This document shows positions 26,020-35,714 of a stretch of DNA of 64,000 nucleotides, one piece after another. Every line of letters starts with the position of its first letter. The first letter of the stretch is position 1. A program made the position numbers and the translations under genes. Location: NCBI GenBank assembly GCA_963663895.2, contig CAXXRD010000003.1:192001-256000 (forward strand). Direction: 5' to 3'. The DNA comes from Dehalococcoidia bacterium. Its GTDB lineage: Bacteria; Chloroflexota; Dehalococcoidia; Bin125. The notes beneath the pieces were generated by a model that worked only from the letters and a program-made list of their open reading frames with translations, had not been told where the DNA came from and did not search any database.

Positions 26020-28665
26020 TCAGCGGCTGCGCTGACTCCGCACGCCCGCCGCCGCCGCAGCGAGTGCGTCGTCCAAGCGGGCCGCGTCCTTTCCACCCGC
26101 CTGTGCCATCTCCGGCCGACCCCCGCCCCCGCCGCCGGCAACGGCCGCCACGCCCTTAATCAGCTTGCCGGCGTGCAGGCCGCTCGCGACGAGATCCTCG
26201 GAGACCATCGCAACGAAGACCGGTTTCTCCTTAGCCACGGCACCGAGCACGATCACCCCGCTCCCGAGCCGCTTGCGGACGGCGTCGCCGATTTGGCGGA
26301 GTGCGTCCGTAGACGCGGCATCGACACGACCGACGACCAGCTTGACGCCGTCGATCTCCTGCGCCAGGGCGACGAGCCTCTCGGCTGAACCAGCGCTGGC
26401 CTGCCGCTCCACAGCCGCGAGTTGACGGCGGGCATCGTCGAGATCGCTCTGGAGCGCTGCGAGACGGGCTGGAACCTCAGCCGGTGCGACACGAAGCGAA
26501 TCCGCGACGTCCGTCAGAATCTGGAGTCGCTTCTCACGCCAAACATCGGCAGCAGCTCCGGTGAGCGCCTCGATACGACGCAAACCGGCGCCGACGCTTC
26601 CCTCCGAGATGATCTGGAAGGCCCCGATGTAACCCGTCGTCGGCGCGTGCGTGCCGCCACAGAGCTCCTTGCTGAAGCAATCGTGAACGGCCGGATCAGG
26701 ATCACAGATATGGACGACGCGCACATCGGCGCCGTATTTCTCGCCGAAGATCGCCATGGCGCCCGACGCGACGGCATCTTCGAAGGACATCGCATCGGCG
26801 CCAACCGGTAAGTCCTCGCGGATGCGCGTCCTGATCAGGCGTTGGACCTCGGCCAGTTGCTCGTCACGAGGAGCTTGAGACTGCGTATAGTCAAAGCGGA
26901 GCCGGTCCGGGGCGACAAGCGAGCCACCCTGGCGAACGTGATCACCAAGGACCTCGCGCAATGCTGCGTGGAGGAGGTGCGTCGCGGTGTGGTTCCGCAT
27001 CGTGTCACGCCGCCGATCCCCATCAACGAGCGCCTGCACGGCGGCCCCCTCCCGCAAGGTCCCCCACACGACCTCTCCACGGTGCGCGATCAGGTCGCCA
27101 TAGGCTTGGGTATCGTCGACGCGAAGCTCGCCCGCAGGCCAGACCAAGCGTCCGACATCTCCCACCTGCCCACCCCCTTCCGGATAGAAGGGCGTTTGGT
27201 CGAGAACGACGCTCACCGACGCGCCGAGTGCCGCTTCATCGACTCGCCGGCCGTCTTGGACCAAGGCCACCACGCTGGCCGGATGGGCGGTGTGCCCGTA
27301 GCCGAGAAAAGTGGAGGCGCCGCCGATCTCGGCATAGGCAGCATCGTCTGCAGCGACGCGGAACTCGGCCGTGGCACGGCCACGCGCACGCTGCGCGGCC
27401 ATAGCGACTTCGAAGCCAGCCTCGTCGACGCCGAAGCCCGCGCGCGCCGCGATCTCTCGTGTGAGATCCGGCGGGAATCCGTAGGTATCGTAGAGGCGAA
27501 AGAGCGTGTCCCCAGAAATAAACCGCCTCCCGGCGCGGGCAAGATCCGGAAGGATTTGCTCGTCCAGCAAGCGCTGACCCGTCGCGAGCGTCCGGCGGAA
27601 ACGCTCCTCTTCCTGTCCGAGGACCTGCGCCACCAGCGCCGCGTTCTCTTGGAGCTCGGGATAGGCCTGGCCCATCCGCTCACGGACACGCGCCGCAACG
27701 TCTGGAAGCAGCGCATCGTTGATTCCCAGGGTGTGGGCCATGTAGAGGGCGCGCCGGATCAGGCGGCGCAAGACGTAGCCTCGGCCTTCGTTGCTCGGCA
27801 GAACGCCGTCCGCAGCCAAAAAGGTCATGGCCCGTCCGTGCTCGGCAACGACGCGCAGAGCACGCTGGTCGTCGGCGCCGACCGAGGCGTATTCCCGCCC
27901 GCAGCGGCCAGCGATGTAGGCGAGGAGAGGAGCAAAGAGGTCGGTCTCATAGAGGTTGCGCTTGCCTTGCATGACCATGGCCCAGCGCTCCAGGCCGGCG
28001 CCGGTGTCGATGTTCTTAGCGGGCAGAGGCGTTTCGCTGCCGTCGGCTCCTTGGAGGAACTGCATGAAAACAAGGTTCCAGATCTCGAGGTAGCGGCCGG
28101 TTTCGTCGCGAGGCTCGGAGTCTTGGTCCCCGTCCGCCTCTGGTCCAAAGTCGTAGTAGATCTCAGAGCAGGGGCCGCAGGGGCCGTCGACGCCAGCGGA
28201 CCAGTAGTTCCCTTCCGCTTTGCCGTAGCGATAGATCTTGCTCGCCGGAACGCCCAGCTTGCGCCATCCCTCGAAGGCCTCCTCGTCGTCATGAAAGATC
28301 GTTGTCACGAGGCGATCCGCAGGGATGGCCAGCTCTTGCGTCACCAGCTCCCAAGCGAAGGCTTGGGCCTCTACCTTGAAGTAATCCCCAAACGAGAAGT
28401 TCCCAAGCATCTCGAAGAACGTGAGATGCGAGTCATCACCGACCTCATCGACATCAGTGGTGCGGAAGCACTTCTGGATCGAAGCCAAGCGCGGGCGCGG
28501 CGGCGTCGCCTGGCCGAGGAAGTACGGCTTGAAGGGAACCATTCCGGCGCTGGTGAAGAGCAGCGTCGGATCGCCGGGCGCAACAAGCGGCGCACTCGCA
28601 ACTTCCAGGTGGCGGTACCGAACAAAGTGATCGAGGAAACGACGACGGATCTCGCTGGCGTCCAT
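26020..28665 (-). CDS. alaS: Alanyl-tRNA synthetase
   Basis: LLFTSAGMVPFK, FFEMLGNFSFGDYFK, IDTGAGLER, NHTATHLLH, ELCGGTH, GGGGRPEMAQAGG. Confidence 0.99.
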   Translation of the reverse strand: MDASEIRRRFLDHFVRYRHLEVASAPLVAPGDPTLLFTSAGMVPFKPYFLGQATPPRPRLASIQKCFRTTDVDEVGDDSHLTFFEMLGNFSFGDYFKVEAQAFAWELVTQELAIPADRLVTTIFHDDEEAFEGWRKLGVPASKIYRYGKAEGNYWSAGVDGPCGPCSEIYYDFGPEADGDQDSEPRDETGRYLEIWNLVFMQFLQGADGSETPLPAKNIDTGAGLERWAMVMQGKRNLYETDLFAPLLAYIAGRCGREYASVGADDQRALRVVAEHGRAMTFLAADGVLPSNEGRGYVLRRLIRRALYMAHTLGINDALLPDVAARVRERMGQAYPELQENAALVAQVLGQEEERFRRTLATGQRLLDEQILPDLARAGRRFISGDTLFRLYDTYGFPPDLTREIAARAGFGVDEAGFEVAMAAQRARGRATAEFRVAADDAAYAEIGGASTFLGYGHTAHPASVVALVQDGRRVDEAALGASVSVVLDQTPFYPEGGGQVGDVGRLVWPAGELRVDDTQAYGDLIAHRGEVVWGTLREGAAVQALVDGDRRRDTMRNHTATHLLHAALREVLGDHVRQGGSLVAPDRLRFDYTQSQAPRDEQLAEVQRLIRTRIREDLPVGADAMSFEDAVASGAMAIFGEKYGADVRVVHICDPDPAVHDCFSKELCGGTHAPTTGYIGAFQIISEGSVGAGLRRIEALTGAAADVWREKRLQILTDVADSLRVAPAEVPARLAALQSDLDDARRQLAAVERQASAGSAERLVALAQEIDGVKLVVGRVDAASTDALRQIGDAVRKRLGSGVIVLGAVAKEKPVFVAMVSEDLVASGLHAGKLIKGVAAVAGGGGGGRPEMAQAGGKDAARLDDALAAAAAGVRSQRSR

Positions 28666-28783
28666 GCGTGTGCCCGGTGGCGTCCTCTTCGAGCGCGCCC
28701 CCGCCGGCGCATCTGTCTCAGTATAAACGCCGATCTCTTTGAAGCTCGCTGCGCGCGCGCCCGTTCCCAGAAGCTCTCTCCAG

Positions 28784-28813
28784 TTGACATCTCAGCGCGG
28801 GAGTTCTTAGCGT
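28784..28813 (+). promoter_or_regulatory. Sigma70-type promoter ~195 nt upstream of glmU
   Basis: TTGACA-18 nt-TAGCGT. Confidence 0.5.
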
Positions 28814-29007
28814 GAAAGGATAAGTGCGAACCAGGACGAGCAGCCCCCTGGTCGAGCCTGCAGTAAGAAACGCTTGGATTCGTCCGCCGTCCCTTCTAGT
28901 CCTCCATCCAGTAGCGCTTCGCGCAGCGTGAGCCTGACGGCATCTCACCCACGGGCAGCGCGACAAGAGAGCGCTGACAGCGCCCCCGTCATAGCTCGGC
29001 GTTACCC

Positions 29008-30363
29008 GTGACGGCCGCCATTGTGTTGGCAGCAGGCGCGGGGACGCGCATGCGTTCGGCGTTGCCGAAGGTGCTCCAGCCTGTGTGCGGCCGGGCCATG
29101 GTCCTGCATGTGCTACACGCGCTGCGTGAGGCAGGGGTTGAGCGAACGGTGGTCGTCATCGGACACGGGGGCGCAGCGGTACGCGCCGCCGTGGAGGGAT
29201 GTGGGCAGGCGCCCAACGTGGCGTACGTCACGCAGGCCGAACCACGAGGTACCGGCCACGCCACACTACAAGCGCGCACTATCGCGGGCGACGGGCGGGT
29301 GCTGGTGGTGAATGGCGACATGCCCCTTGTGAGCGCCGACCAATTGCGCACCATGCTTGAGGCAAACGCCGCATCCGCAGCCGTGGCGACGGCCGAAGTG
29401 CCAGACCCACACAACATGGGCCGCCTTGTGCGCAGCGAAGCGGGAGGCATTGCGGCGATCGTCGAAGAAGCGGACTCCGATGCGGCCACGGCCGCGATTC
29501 GCGAGGTCAACCTGGGGATCTACGCGTTCGAAGGATCGTGGCTCTGGCACACGCTCGCCACACTGGCCCCGAGCACGAGCGGCGAGATCTACCTGACGGA
29601 TGCGGTCACGGTCGCGGCAAGGGAAGGCGGTGCGCTGCCCGTCCCCGTATCGGCACCGGACGGGCGGATCAACGTCGAAGACCGGGCGGATCTCATGCGC
29701 GCGGAGCACGTGATGCGGCACCGCATCCAAGAGCATTGGCTTACTCGGGGCGTGTCGATCGTGGATCCGGAGACGACGTACATCGACGCGGACGTCGTCA
29801 TCCACGGTGACACCGTACTGGAACCGGGAACACATCTGGGCGGCTCGACGGTAGTGGGCGAACGCTGCACGCTCGGCCCCAATGCCGTAGTACGCAACTG
29901 CCAACTCGGCGATGGCTGCCGACTGGAAAGCTGCACGTTGGAAGGCGCGGTATTGGGCGCGGAGGTAACAGTGGGTCCGTACAGTACGATCCGCCCCGGC
30001 AGCGTGCTGGACGACGGCGTGCACATCGGAACACACGCGGAGGTCAAAAATGCTCGTCTGCACAGGAACGTGCGGATGGGACATTTCTCCTACGTAGGCG
30101 ATGCAGAGGTGGGAGCGGAGACCAACATCGGTGCCGGTGTGATCACCTGTAACTTCGACGGGAGAGCGAAGCACCGCACCGTGATCGGCCAGCAAGCCTT
30201 CATCGGCAGCGACACATTGCTGATCGCACCTATCGAGCTGGGCGACGGGGTATCGACGGGCGCGGGCTCGGTGGTGAACAAATCCGTGGAGGCGGGCGGC
30301 CGGGTGGTCGGGAATCCGGCGCGCCGGGTGCGGAAGACGCCAACGGCGGAGAAGCGGCCGTGA
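29008..30363 (+). CDS. glmU: Bifunctional UDP-GlcNAc pyrophosphorylase / GlcN-1-P acetyltransferase
   Basis: LAAGAGTRMRSALPKVL, GTGHA, EIYLTD, hexapeptide repeats, HFSYVGDA, ITCNFDG. Confidence 0.97.
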   Translation: MTAAIVLAAGAGTRMRSALPKVLQPVCGRAMVLHVLHALREAGVERTVVVIGHGGAAVRAAVEGCGQAPNVAYVTQAEPRGTGHATLQARTIAGDGRVLVVNGDMPLVSADQLRTMLEANAASAAVATAEVPDPHNMGRLVRSEAGGIAAIVEEADSDAATAAIREVNLGIYAFEGSWLWHTLATLAPSTSGEIYLTDAVTVAAREGGALPVPVSAPDGRINVEDRADLMRAEHVMRHRIQEHWLTRGVSIVDPETTYIDADVVIHGDTVLEPGTHLGGSTVVGERCTLGPNAVVRNCQLGDGCRLESCTLEGAVLGAEVTVGPYSTIRPGSVLDDGVHIGTHAEVKNARLHRNVRMGHFSYVGDAEVGAETNIGAGVITCNFDGRAKHRTVIGQQAFIGSDTLLIAPIELGDGVSTGAGSVVNKSVEAGGRVVGNPARRVRKTPTAEKRP

Positions 30364-31655
30364 GCGGCGGGTCGATCGTAGCGGTGGCCATCCTCCTCGC
30401 CTCGACGGCGCTCCTGGTCCTGCTAGCCAGCGCCGAGGTCGGCGTGATCAGCGTGAGCCGCTCGCGAGCGCGGCTACTGTTGGACAAGGAGCCGGAGAAT
30501 CCTCGTGCGCGCTGGCTGCACGACGTGATCCAAGAGCGCGAGCGCGCGCTGGGCTCGTTCGCGCTAGGCCGCAGCCTCACGGTCGTCACAGGACTCGCAG
30601 CAGCCATCTACCTGCTCGCGCGAGAAGTCGAATTCAGCTGGCAGGTGGTCGTGGGAACGGCGGCGATCGGCTTCGTGGTGGTCGCGCTGTTGCAGGCGGT
30701 ACCCCGCCGGCTGGCAGAGACAAGCCCCGAAGGATTCGGCCTGCGCCTAGCGCCGACGATGCGTCGCTTCCAAGCCGTTTTCCGGGTTCCCGCGGCGGTA
30801 TTCGAAGCCCCCGCCGTCCTCGCGCGGCCAATCACGCGCGCGACGACGCGCGGTCCCATGGAACCGGAGCCCTTGGAGTTGCTGCTAGCACGTGAAGAAA
30901 GCGGCGACGGTATCGAGGCCGACGAGCGCGAGATGATCCGCGGCGTCTTCGAGATCGGGGAGACGGCCGTACGGGAGGCGATGGTCCCGCGACCGGACAT
31001 CGTAGCCATCGAAATGGAGTCCAGCTTGCCCGCCGCCGCCGAGACGGCGGTACAGCGCGGCGTCTCCCGCATGCCCGTCTACGAGAAAACGATCGACAAC
31101 GTCGTGGGGGTGCTGTACGCGCGGGACATCCTCGCTTCCCAGGTAGCGGGAGATCCCGGTCGGAGCGTGCGCGAGCTGATGCGACGGCCGCTGCTGGTGC
31201 CCGAATCCAAGCGGCTGGACGAGATGCTGGCGCAGTTTCGTCGCAGCCGGGTGCACATCGCGATCGTCCTCGACGAGTACGGTGGCACGGCCGGGCTGGT
31301 GACGATGGAGGATCTGCTGGAAGAGATCGTAGGGGAGATCGAAGACGAGTACGACACCGGCACCGCCTCGGTTGTGCGGGTGTCAGAGCACGAAGCCTGG
31401 TTGGACGGGCGCGCGTCGATCGACACACTCAAAGAGCTGTTTGAGGTACAGATTGAAGAGGGCGACTTCGACACCGTCGCCGGCTACGTATTCGAGCGGC
31501 TGGGGAAGATCCCCGCCGTGGGCGACGCGGTCCAAGTGAACGGCCTAACGATTGCCGTACAGAGCATGACGGGCCACCGCATCGCCAAGCTGCGCGTGCG
31601 CCGACCGGCGCCCGCGGCCGCGGACGCCGCCGACGATGCGGCGGCCGAGGCGTAG
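30360..31655 (+). CDS. CNNM/CorC (hemolysin family; DUF21-CBS-CorC) transporter
   Basis: N-terminal TMs, MVPRPD, SRMPVY, DEYGGTAGLVTMEDLLEEIVGEIEDEYD. Confidence 0.93.
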   Translation: MSGGSIVAVAILLASTALLVLLASAEVGVISVSRSRARLLLDKEPENPRARWLHDVIQERERALGSFALGRSLTVVTGLAAAIYLLAREVEFSWQVVVGTAAIGFVVVALLQAVPRRLAETSPEGFGLRLAPTMRRFQAVFRVPAAVFEAPAVLARPITRATTRGPMEPEPLELLLAREESGDGIEADEREMIRGVFEIGETAVREAMVPRPDIVAIEMESSLPAAAETAVQRGVSRMPVYEKTIDNVVGVLYARDILASQVAGDPGRSVRELMRRPLLVPESKRLDEMLAQFRRSRVHIAIVLDEYGGTAGLVTMEDLLEEIVGEIEDEYDTGTASVVRVSEHEAWLDGRASIDTLKELFEVQIEEGDFDTVAGYVFERLGKIPAVGDAVQVNGLTIAVQSMTGHRIAKLRVRRPAPAAADAADDAAAEA

Positions 31656-31656
31656 A

Positions 31657-32778
31657 GTGACCACCAAAGCGGCCCCGGCGAGGACGACGATCTCGGAAGA
31701 AGAGCTGGCCCACCGGCTCGCCTTCGCCCGGGTACCGAGGATCGGCAGTCGCCGCACGGAGCTGCTGGAAGCGCACTTCCCCAGCCTGAAGGAAGCTTGG
31801 CAGGCAGACAGGGGCGAACTCCAGGCGGCCGGGCTCGACGCCGGCACGATCCGATCGCTACAGCAACACCGAGCCCATATCAAGCCGGAAGCCGAGATCG
31901 AGCAGTTGGTTGCCGCCGGAGTGACTGCGATTCCCTGGAACGATCCTCGCTATCCGCCGCGCTTGCGCGAGATCGACGAGCGGCCGCCAGTTCTATTCAT
32001 GCGCGGCGAGCTTATTCCGCGGGATGAATGGTCGTTGGCCGTCGTCGGTACGCGGCGAGCTTCCCCTTACGGCCGTCAGACGGCGGAGGAGTTCAGTCGC
32101 GAACTAGCGCATAACGGGATCGCAGTGGTGAGCGGGCTGGCCCGCGGCATCGACGGGATCGCGCACCAGGCAGCGCTCGACGCGGAGGGGCGGAGCATCG
32201 CCGTGCTGCCGTGCGGACTCGACACGATCTACCCGCCAGAGCACGCGGATCTCGCCCGGCGCATGGCAGACGAAGGCGCGCTGATCTCCGAACAGGCCCT
32301 AGGCGTGAAGCCGCGAGCGGACTACTTTCCGCGCCGCAACCGCATCCTGAGCGGACTCACGCTCGGCACGCTGGTGATCGAAGCGGGGGAAAAGTCGGGA
32401 GCGTTGCACACGGCGAATTGGGCCAACTCGCAAAACCGCGAGGTCTTCGCCGTACCGGGGCGGATTACCTCTCCGAGCAGTCAAGGGGCGAACGCCCTGA
32501 TCCAACAAGGGATGGCGAAGCTCGTGACCAACGTCCGTGACGTATTGGAGGAGCTCAACCTACAGATGGTCGAGCACCAGATCGAACTGGCTCGCGTGTT
32601 GCCAGACGATCCCACGGAGTCGCTGATCTTGCAGCAGCTCAGTCAGGAGCCGCTGCACATCGACGAAGCCGTGCGCGCCGCGGACTTGCCCGTCTCGACC
32701 GTTAGCAGCACCCTAGCCATGCTCGAATTGAAGGGCTTGGTGCGCCAGGTGGGTCCCATGACGTATGTCCGGGTCTAG
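31657..32778 (+). CDS. dprA: DNA-processing protein DprA
   Basis: AVVGTRRASPYG, VSGLARGIDG, FPRRNRILSGL, SGALHTA, C-terminal wHTH. Confidence 0.97.
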   Translation: MTTKAAPARTTISEEELAHRLAFARVPRIGSRRTELLEAHFPSLKEAWQADRGELQAAGLDAGTIRSLQQHRAHIKPEAEIEQLVAAGVTAIPWNDPRYPPRLREIDERPPVLFMRGELIPRDEWSLAVVGTRRASPYGRQTAEEFSRELAHNGIAVVSGLARGIDGIAHQAALDAEGRSIAVLPCGLDTIYPPEHADLARRMADEGALISEQALGVKPRADYFPRRNRILSGLTLGTLVIEAGEKSGALHTANWANSQNREVFAVPGRITSPSSQGANALIQQGMAKLVTNVRDVLEELNLQMVEHQIELARVLPDDPTESLILQQLSQEPLHIDEAVRAADLPVSTVSSTLAMLELKGLVRQVGPMTYVRV

Positions 32779-35641
32779 AGCGAGTAGCGCAGCCACCGCT
32801 GCGAAGCGCGGGAAATCGACGAAGCGGGCGGCCAAGCCGCGTGCGCGCGCAACCACGTCCCAACGCGGAGATCCGAAGCGTCGCGGCGGGCAAGGCAAGC
32901 GCAAGCGTCACTTGGTCATCGTCGAATCACCGGCCAAGGCGGAGACGATCGAGCGCTTCCTAGACGACGCGTACTTGGTCGACTCTTCCTACGGACATGT
33001 GCGCGATCTGCCGCGCCGCGCGGACGAGCGCCCCGCTTCGATCCGCGAAGAGAGATGGGCCGAACTCGGCGTCAACGTGGACGCGGACTATGCGCCGGTC
33101 TACATCGTGCCGGATGAGAAACGCTCGCACGTCGAGCGCTTACGCGAGGCGCTCAAGGAAGCAGACAGGTTGATCCTGGCGACCGATGAGGATCGGGAAG
33201 GCGAAAGCATCAGCTGGCACCTGCTGGAGCTGCTCGATCCCGCCGTGCCGGTGGACCGCATCGTTTTTCACGAGGTGACGCCAGAGGCGATCGAGGCGGC
33301 GCTGGAAACGCCGCGGGCGCTGGACCGGAACCTCGTAGCGGCCCAGGAGTCACGGCGGATCTTGGACCGCCTGTTCGGCTATAGCCTTTCCCCGCTGCTG
33401 TGGCGCAAGGTGCAAGCCGGACTCTCCGCAGGCCGTGTCCAAAGCGTCGCGGTACGGCTGCTGGTCCAGCGGGAGCGCGAGCGAGCGCGCTTCCACCCGG
33501 CGGAGTACTGGGACCTCGAAGCGACGGTCGCAGCAGCGGAGGGCAGCTGCCGGACGACCTTGCGCCGGCTCGGTCGCGCCCGCCTGCCCACGGGCAAGGA
33601 CTTCGACCCGTCCACGGGCAAGCTCAAGAGCAAGGGCATGCGCGCGCTCAGCGAAAAGGAAGCGCAAGCGCTGATCCCCGAGCTACGAGCGGGAGCTTGT
33701 TCGGTCAGTAACATCAAGGCCTCGCCCGTCACGTCCAGGCCGGCGGCTCCCTTCACGACCTCCACCTTGCAGCAGGAAGCCAATCGCAAGCTGGGTTTCG
33801 GCGCCGCGCGGACGATGCGCGCCGCGCAGCGCCTCTACGAGGGAATCAACCTGGGGGCCGAGCGCGAGGGCCTCATCACCTATATGCGGACCGACTCGGT
33901 CACGCTCGCGGCCTCCGCTCTCGACGAGGCCCAGGAGGTGATCCGCACGCGTTTCGGCGAAAACTTTGCGAAGGGGCCGCGCTTCTACACCTCGAAAACC
34001 CGCAACGCCCAAGAGGCGCACGAGGCGATCCGGCCCACCCATATCCATCGGGATCCGCAGCAGCTCAAGGGCGTGCTCTCCGATGATGATCTGCGGCTCT
34101 ACAGGCTGATCTGGCAACGCACCCTGGCGAGCCAGATGCCAGACGCGAAGCTGGAACGCACGGTAGTCGAGTTCACCGTGCCGCTCGGCAAAAAAGCCGA
34201 CGACCCAGCAATCTTCGAGGCGCGGGGGCAGCGGATCCTCTTCCAGGGATACCTGCGCGTTTACCAAGAGAGCAGCGACGATCCCGAGGATGAGCGCTCC
34301 GGAAGCGAGCAGCCGCTGCCCACGTTCGCAACCGGGGAGAGAGTGGAAGCCAAGGCGATCACGCCCAAGCGGCACGAGACGCTGCCGCCGGCGCGCTTCA
34401 CGGAAGCGAGCCTCATCAAGCAGCTCGAAGAAGAGGGGTTGGGCCGGCCGAGCACCTACGCGGCGATCCTCGACACGGTCCAAGCGCGCGATTACGCGTT
34501 CAAAATGAAGGGCGGAAACGCGCTCGCGCCCACCTTCCTAGCGTTCGCGGTCACGGAGCTGCTCGAGCGCCACTTCGGAGACCTCGTCGAGCCGCGGTTC
34601 ACGGCGCAGATGGAAGAGACGCTGGACGACATCGCCAGGGGCGAGGCCGACGCCGTGACACACCTGCAACGTTTCTACCGGGGCAGCAGGGAGGAGCCGG
34701 GCCTCGAACCGCGGATAGACAACGAGCTTCCCAACATCGCCTTTCCCGCGATACCCGTACCCGTAGGAGACGACCCGCAGAGTCGCGAGTCCATGACCGT
34801 GCGCATTGGGCGCTTCGGTCCCTACTTGCAGAAAGGCCAAGGCGAGAACGGCAGCACGGTCTCGCTACCCCAGGATCTGCCGCCGGCGGACCTATCGGTT
34901 GACAAAGCGGCGGCGCTATTCGCAACCAGGGAGAATGAGCCACGGAAACTCGGTCGCGACCCCGAGAGCGGGCTGGACGTGCTGCTGCAAACGGGCCGCT
35001 ACGGCGCCTACGTGCAGCTCGGCCCGAACCCCCCCAACGATGGGAAGCGAGCGAAAAAAAACGCGCCCAAACCTAGGCGCGCCTCGGTACCTAAGGGAGT
35101 GGAGCTGCAAGAGGTCACGATCGAAGACGCGCTCACCTGGCTCTCATTGCCACGCAAGCTCGGGAGCGACCCCAAGACGGGCGAGGATGTGATCGCCGCG
35201 AGTGGACGCTACGGTCCCTACGTCCGAAGCGGTAAGGAATCACGGTCGCTCCAGGACACGGACGATATCTACACGATCAGCCTGGACCGCGCGCTGGAGC
35301 TCTTGGCGGAACCGCGCAGCACCGGCTTTCGGCGCCGACAGCGGGCCAGAGTGCTGGCGGAGATCGGCAAGCACCCGCAGAGCGGCGCACCGATCCAAGC
35401 GCTGCAGGGCCGATACGGACCGTACGTGAGCGACGGCACCACCAACGCGAGCATTCCGCCGGACCTCGACCCAGCCACTCTCGACCTGGAGCGGGCGGTC
35501 ACGCTGATCGCGGAGCGCGCCTCGCAACCCAAGCGAGGCGGCCGGCGCCGCGCCGCGAAGAAGGGCGCGCGCAAGACGGTGCGCACGGCGAGCGCTGTAA
35601 AAGCGAAGGCGAAAACCGCGCAGGCGAACCCAGATCTTTAA
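32765..35641 (+). CDS. topA: Type IA DNA topoisomerase with C-terminal GRY/FGPY repeats and basic tails
   Basis: VIVESPAKA, ATDEDREGE, SAGRVQS, ITYMRTDS, QEAHEAIRP, GRPSTYA; four GRF/YG(P/A)Y repeats. Confidence 0.98.
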   Translation: MSGSRASSAATAAKRGKSTKRAAKPRARATTSQRGDPKRRGGQGKRKRHLVIVESPAKAETIERFLDDAYLVDSSYGHVRDLPRRADERPASIREERWAELGVNVDADYAPVYIVPDEKRSHVERLREALKEADRLILATDEDREGESISWHLLELLDPAVPVDRIVFHEVTPEAIEAALETPRALDRNLVAAQESRRILDRLFGYSLSPLLWRKVQAGLSAGRVQSVAVRLLVQRERERARFHPAEYWDLEATVAAAEGSCRTTLRRLGRARLPTGKDFDPSTGKLKSKGMRALSEKEAQALIPELRAGACSVSNIKASPVTSRPAAPFTTSTLQQEANRKLGFGAARTMRAAQRLYEGINLGAEREGLITYMRTDSVTLAASALDEAQEVIRTRFGENFAKGPRFYTSKTRNAQEAHEAIRPTHIHRDPQQLKGVLSDDDLRLYRLIWQRTLASQMPDAKLERTVVEFTVPLGKKADDPAIFEARGQRILFQGYLRVYQESSDDPEDERSGSEQPLPTFATGERVEAKAITPKRHETLPPARFTEASLIKQLEEEGLGRPSTYAAILDTVQARDYAFKMKGGNALAPTFLAFAVTELLERHFGDLVEPRFTAQMEETLDDIARGEADAVTHLQRFYRGSREEPGLEPRIDNELPNIAFPAIPVPVGDDPQSRESMTVRIGRFGPYLQKGQGENGSTVSLPQDLPPADLSVDKAAALFATRENEPRKLGRDPESGLDVLLQTGRYGAYVQLGPNPPNDGKRAKKNAPKPRRASVPKGVELQEVTIEDALTWLSLPRKLGSDPKTGEDVIAASGRYGPYVRSGKESRSLQDTDDIYTISLDRALELLAEPRSTGFRRRQRARVLAEIGKHPQSGAPIQALQGRYGPYVSDGTTNASIPPDLDPATLDLERAVTLIAERASQPKRGGRRRAAKKGARKTVRTASAVKAKAKTAQANPDL

Positions 35642-35714
35642 GCGCGGCGCTTGCACGCAGCCCGAGGAGCACTAGAGTATCCCGGCTCTTGGGTGGCGGG
35701 CCCAGAAGGGCCCC

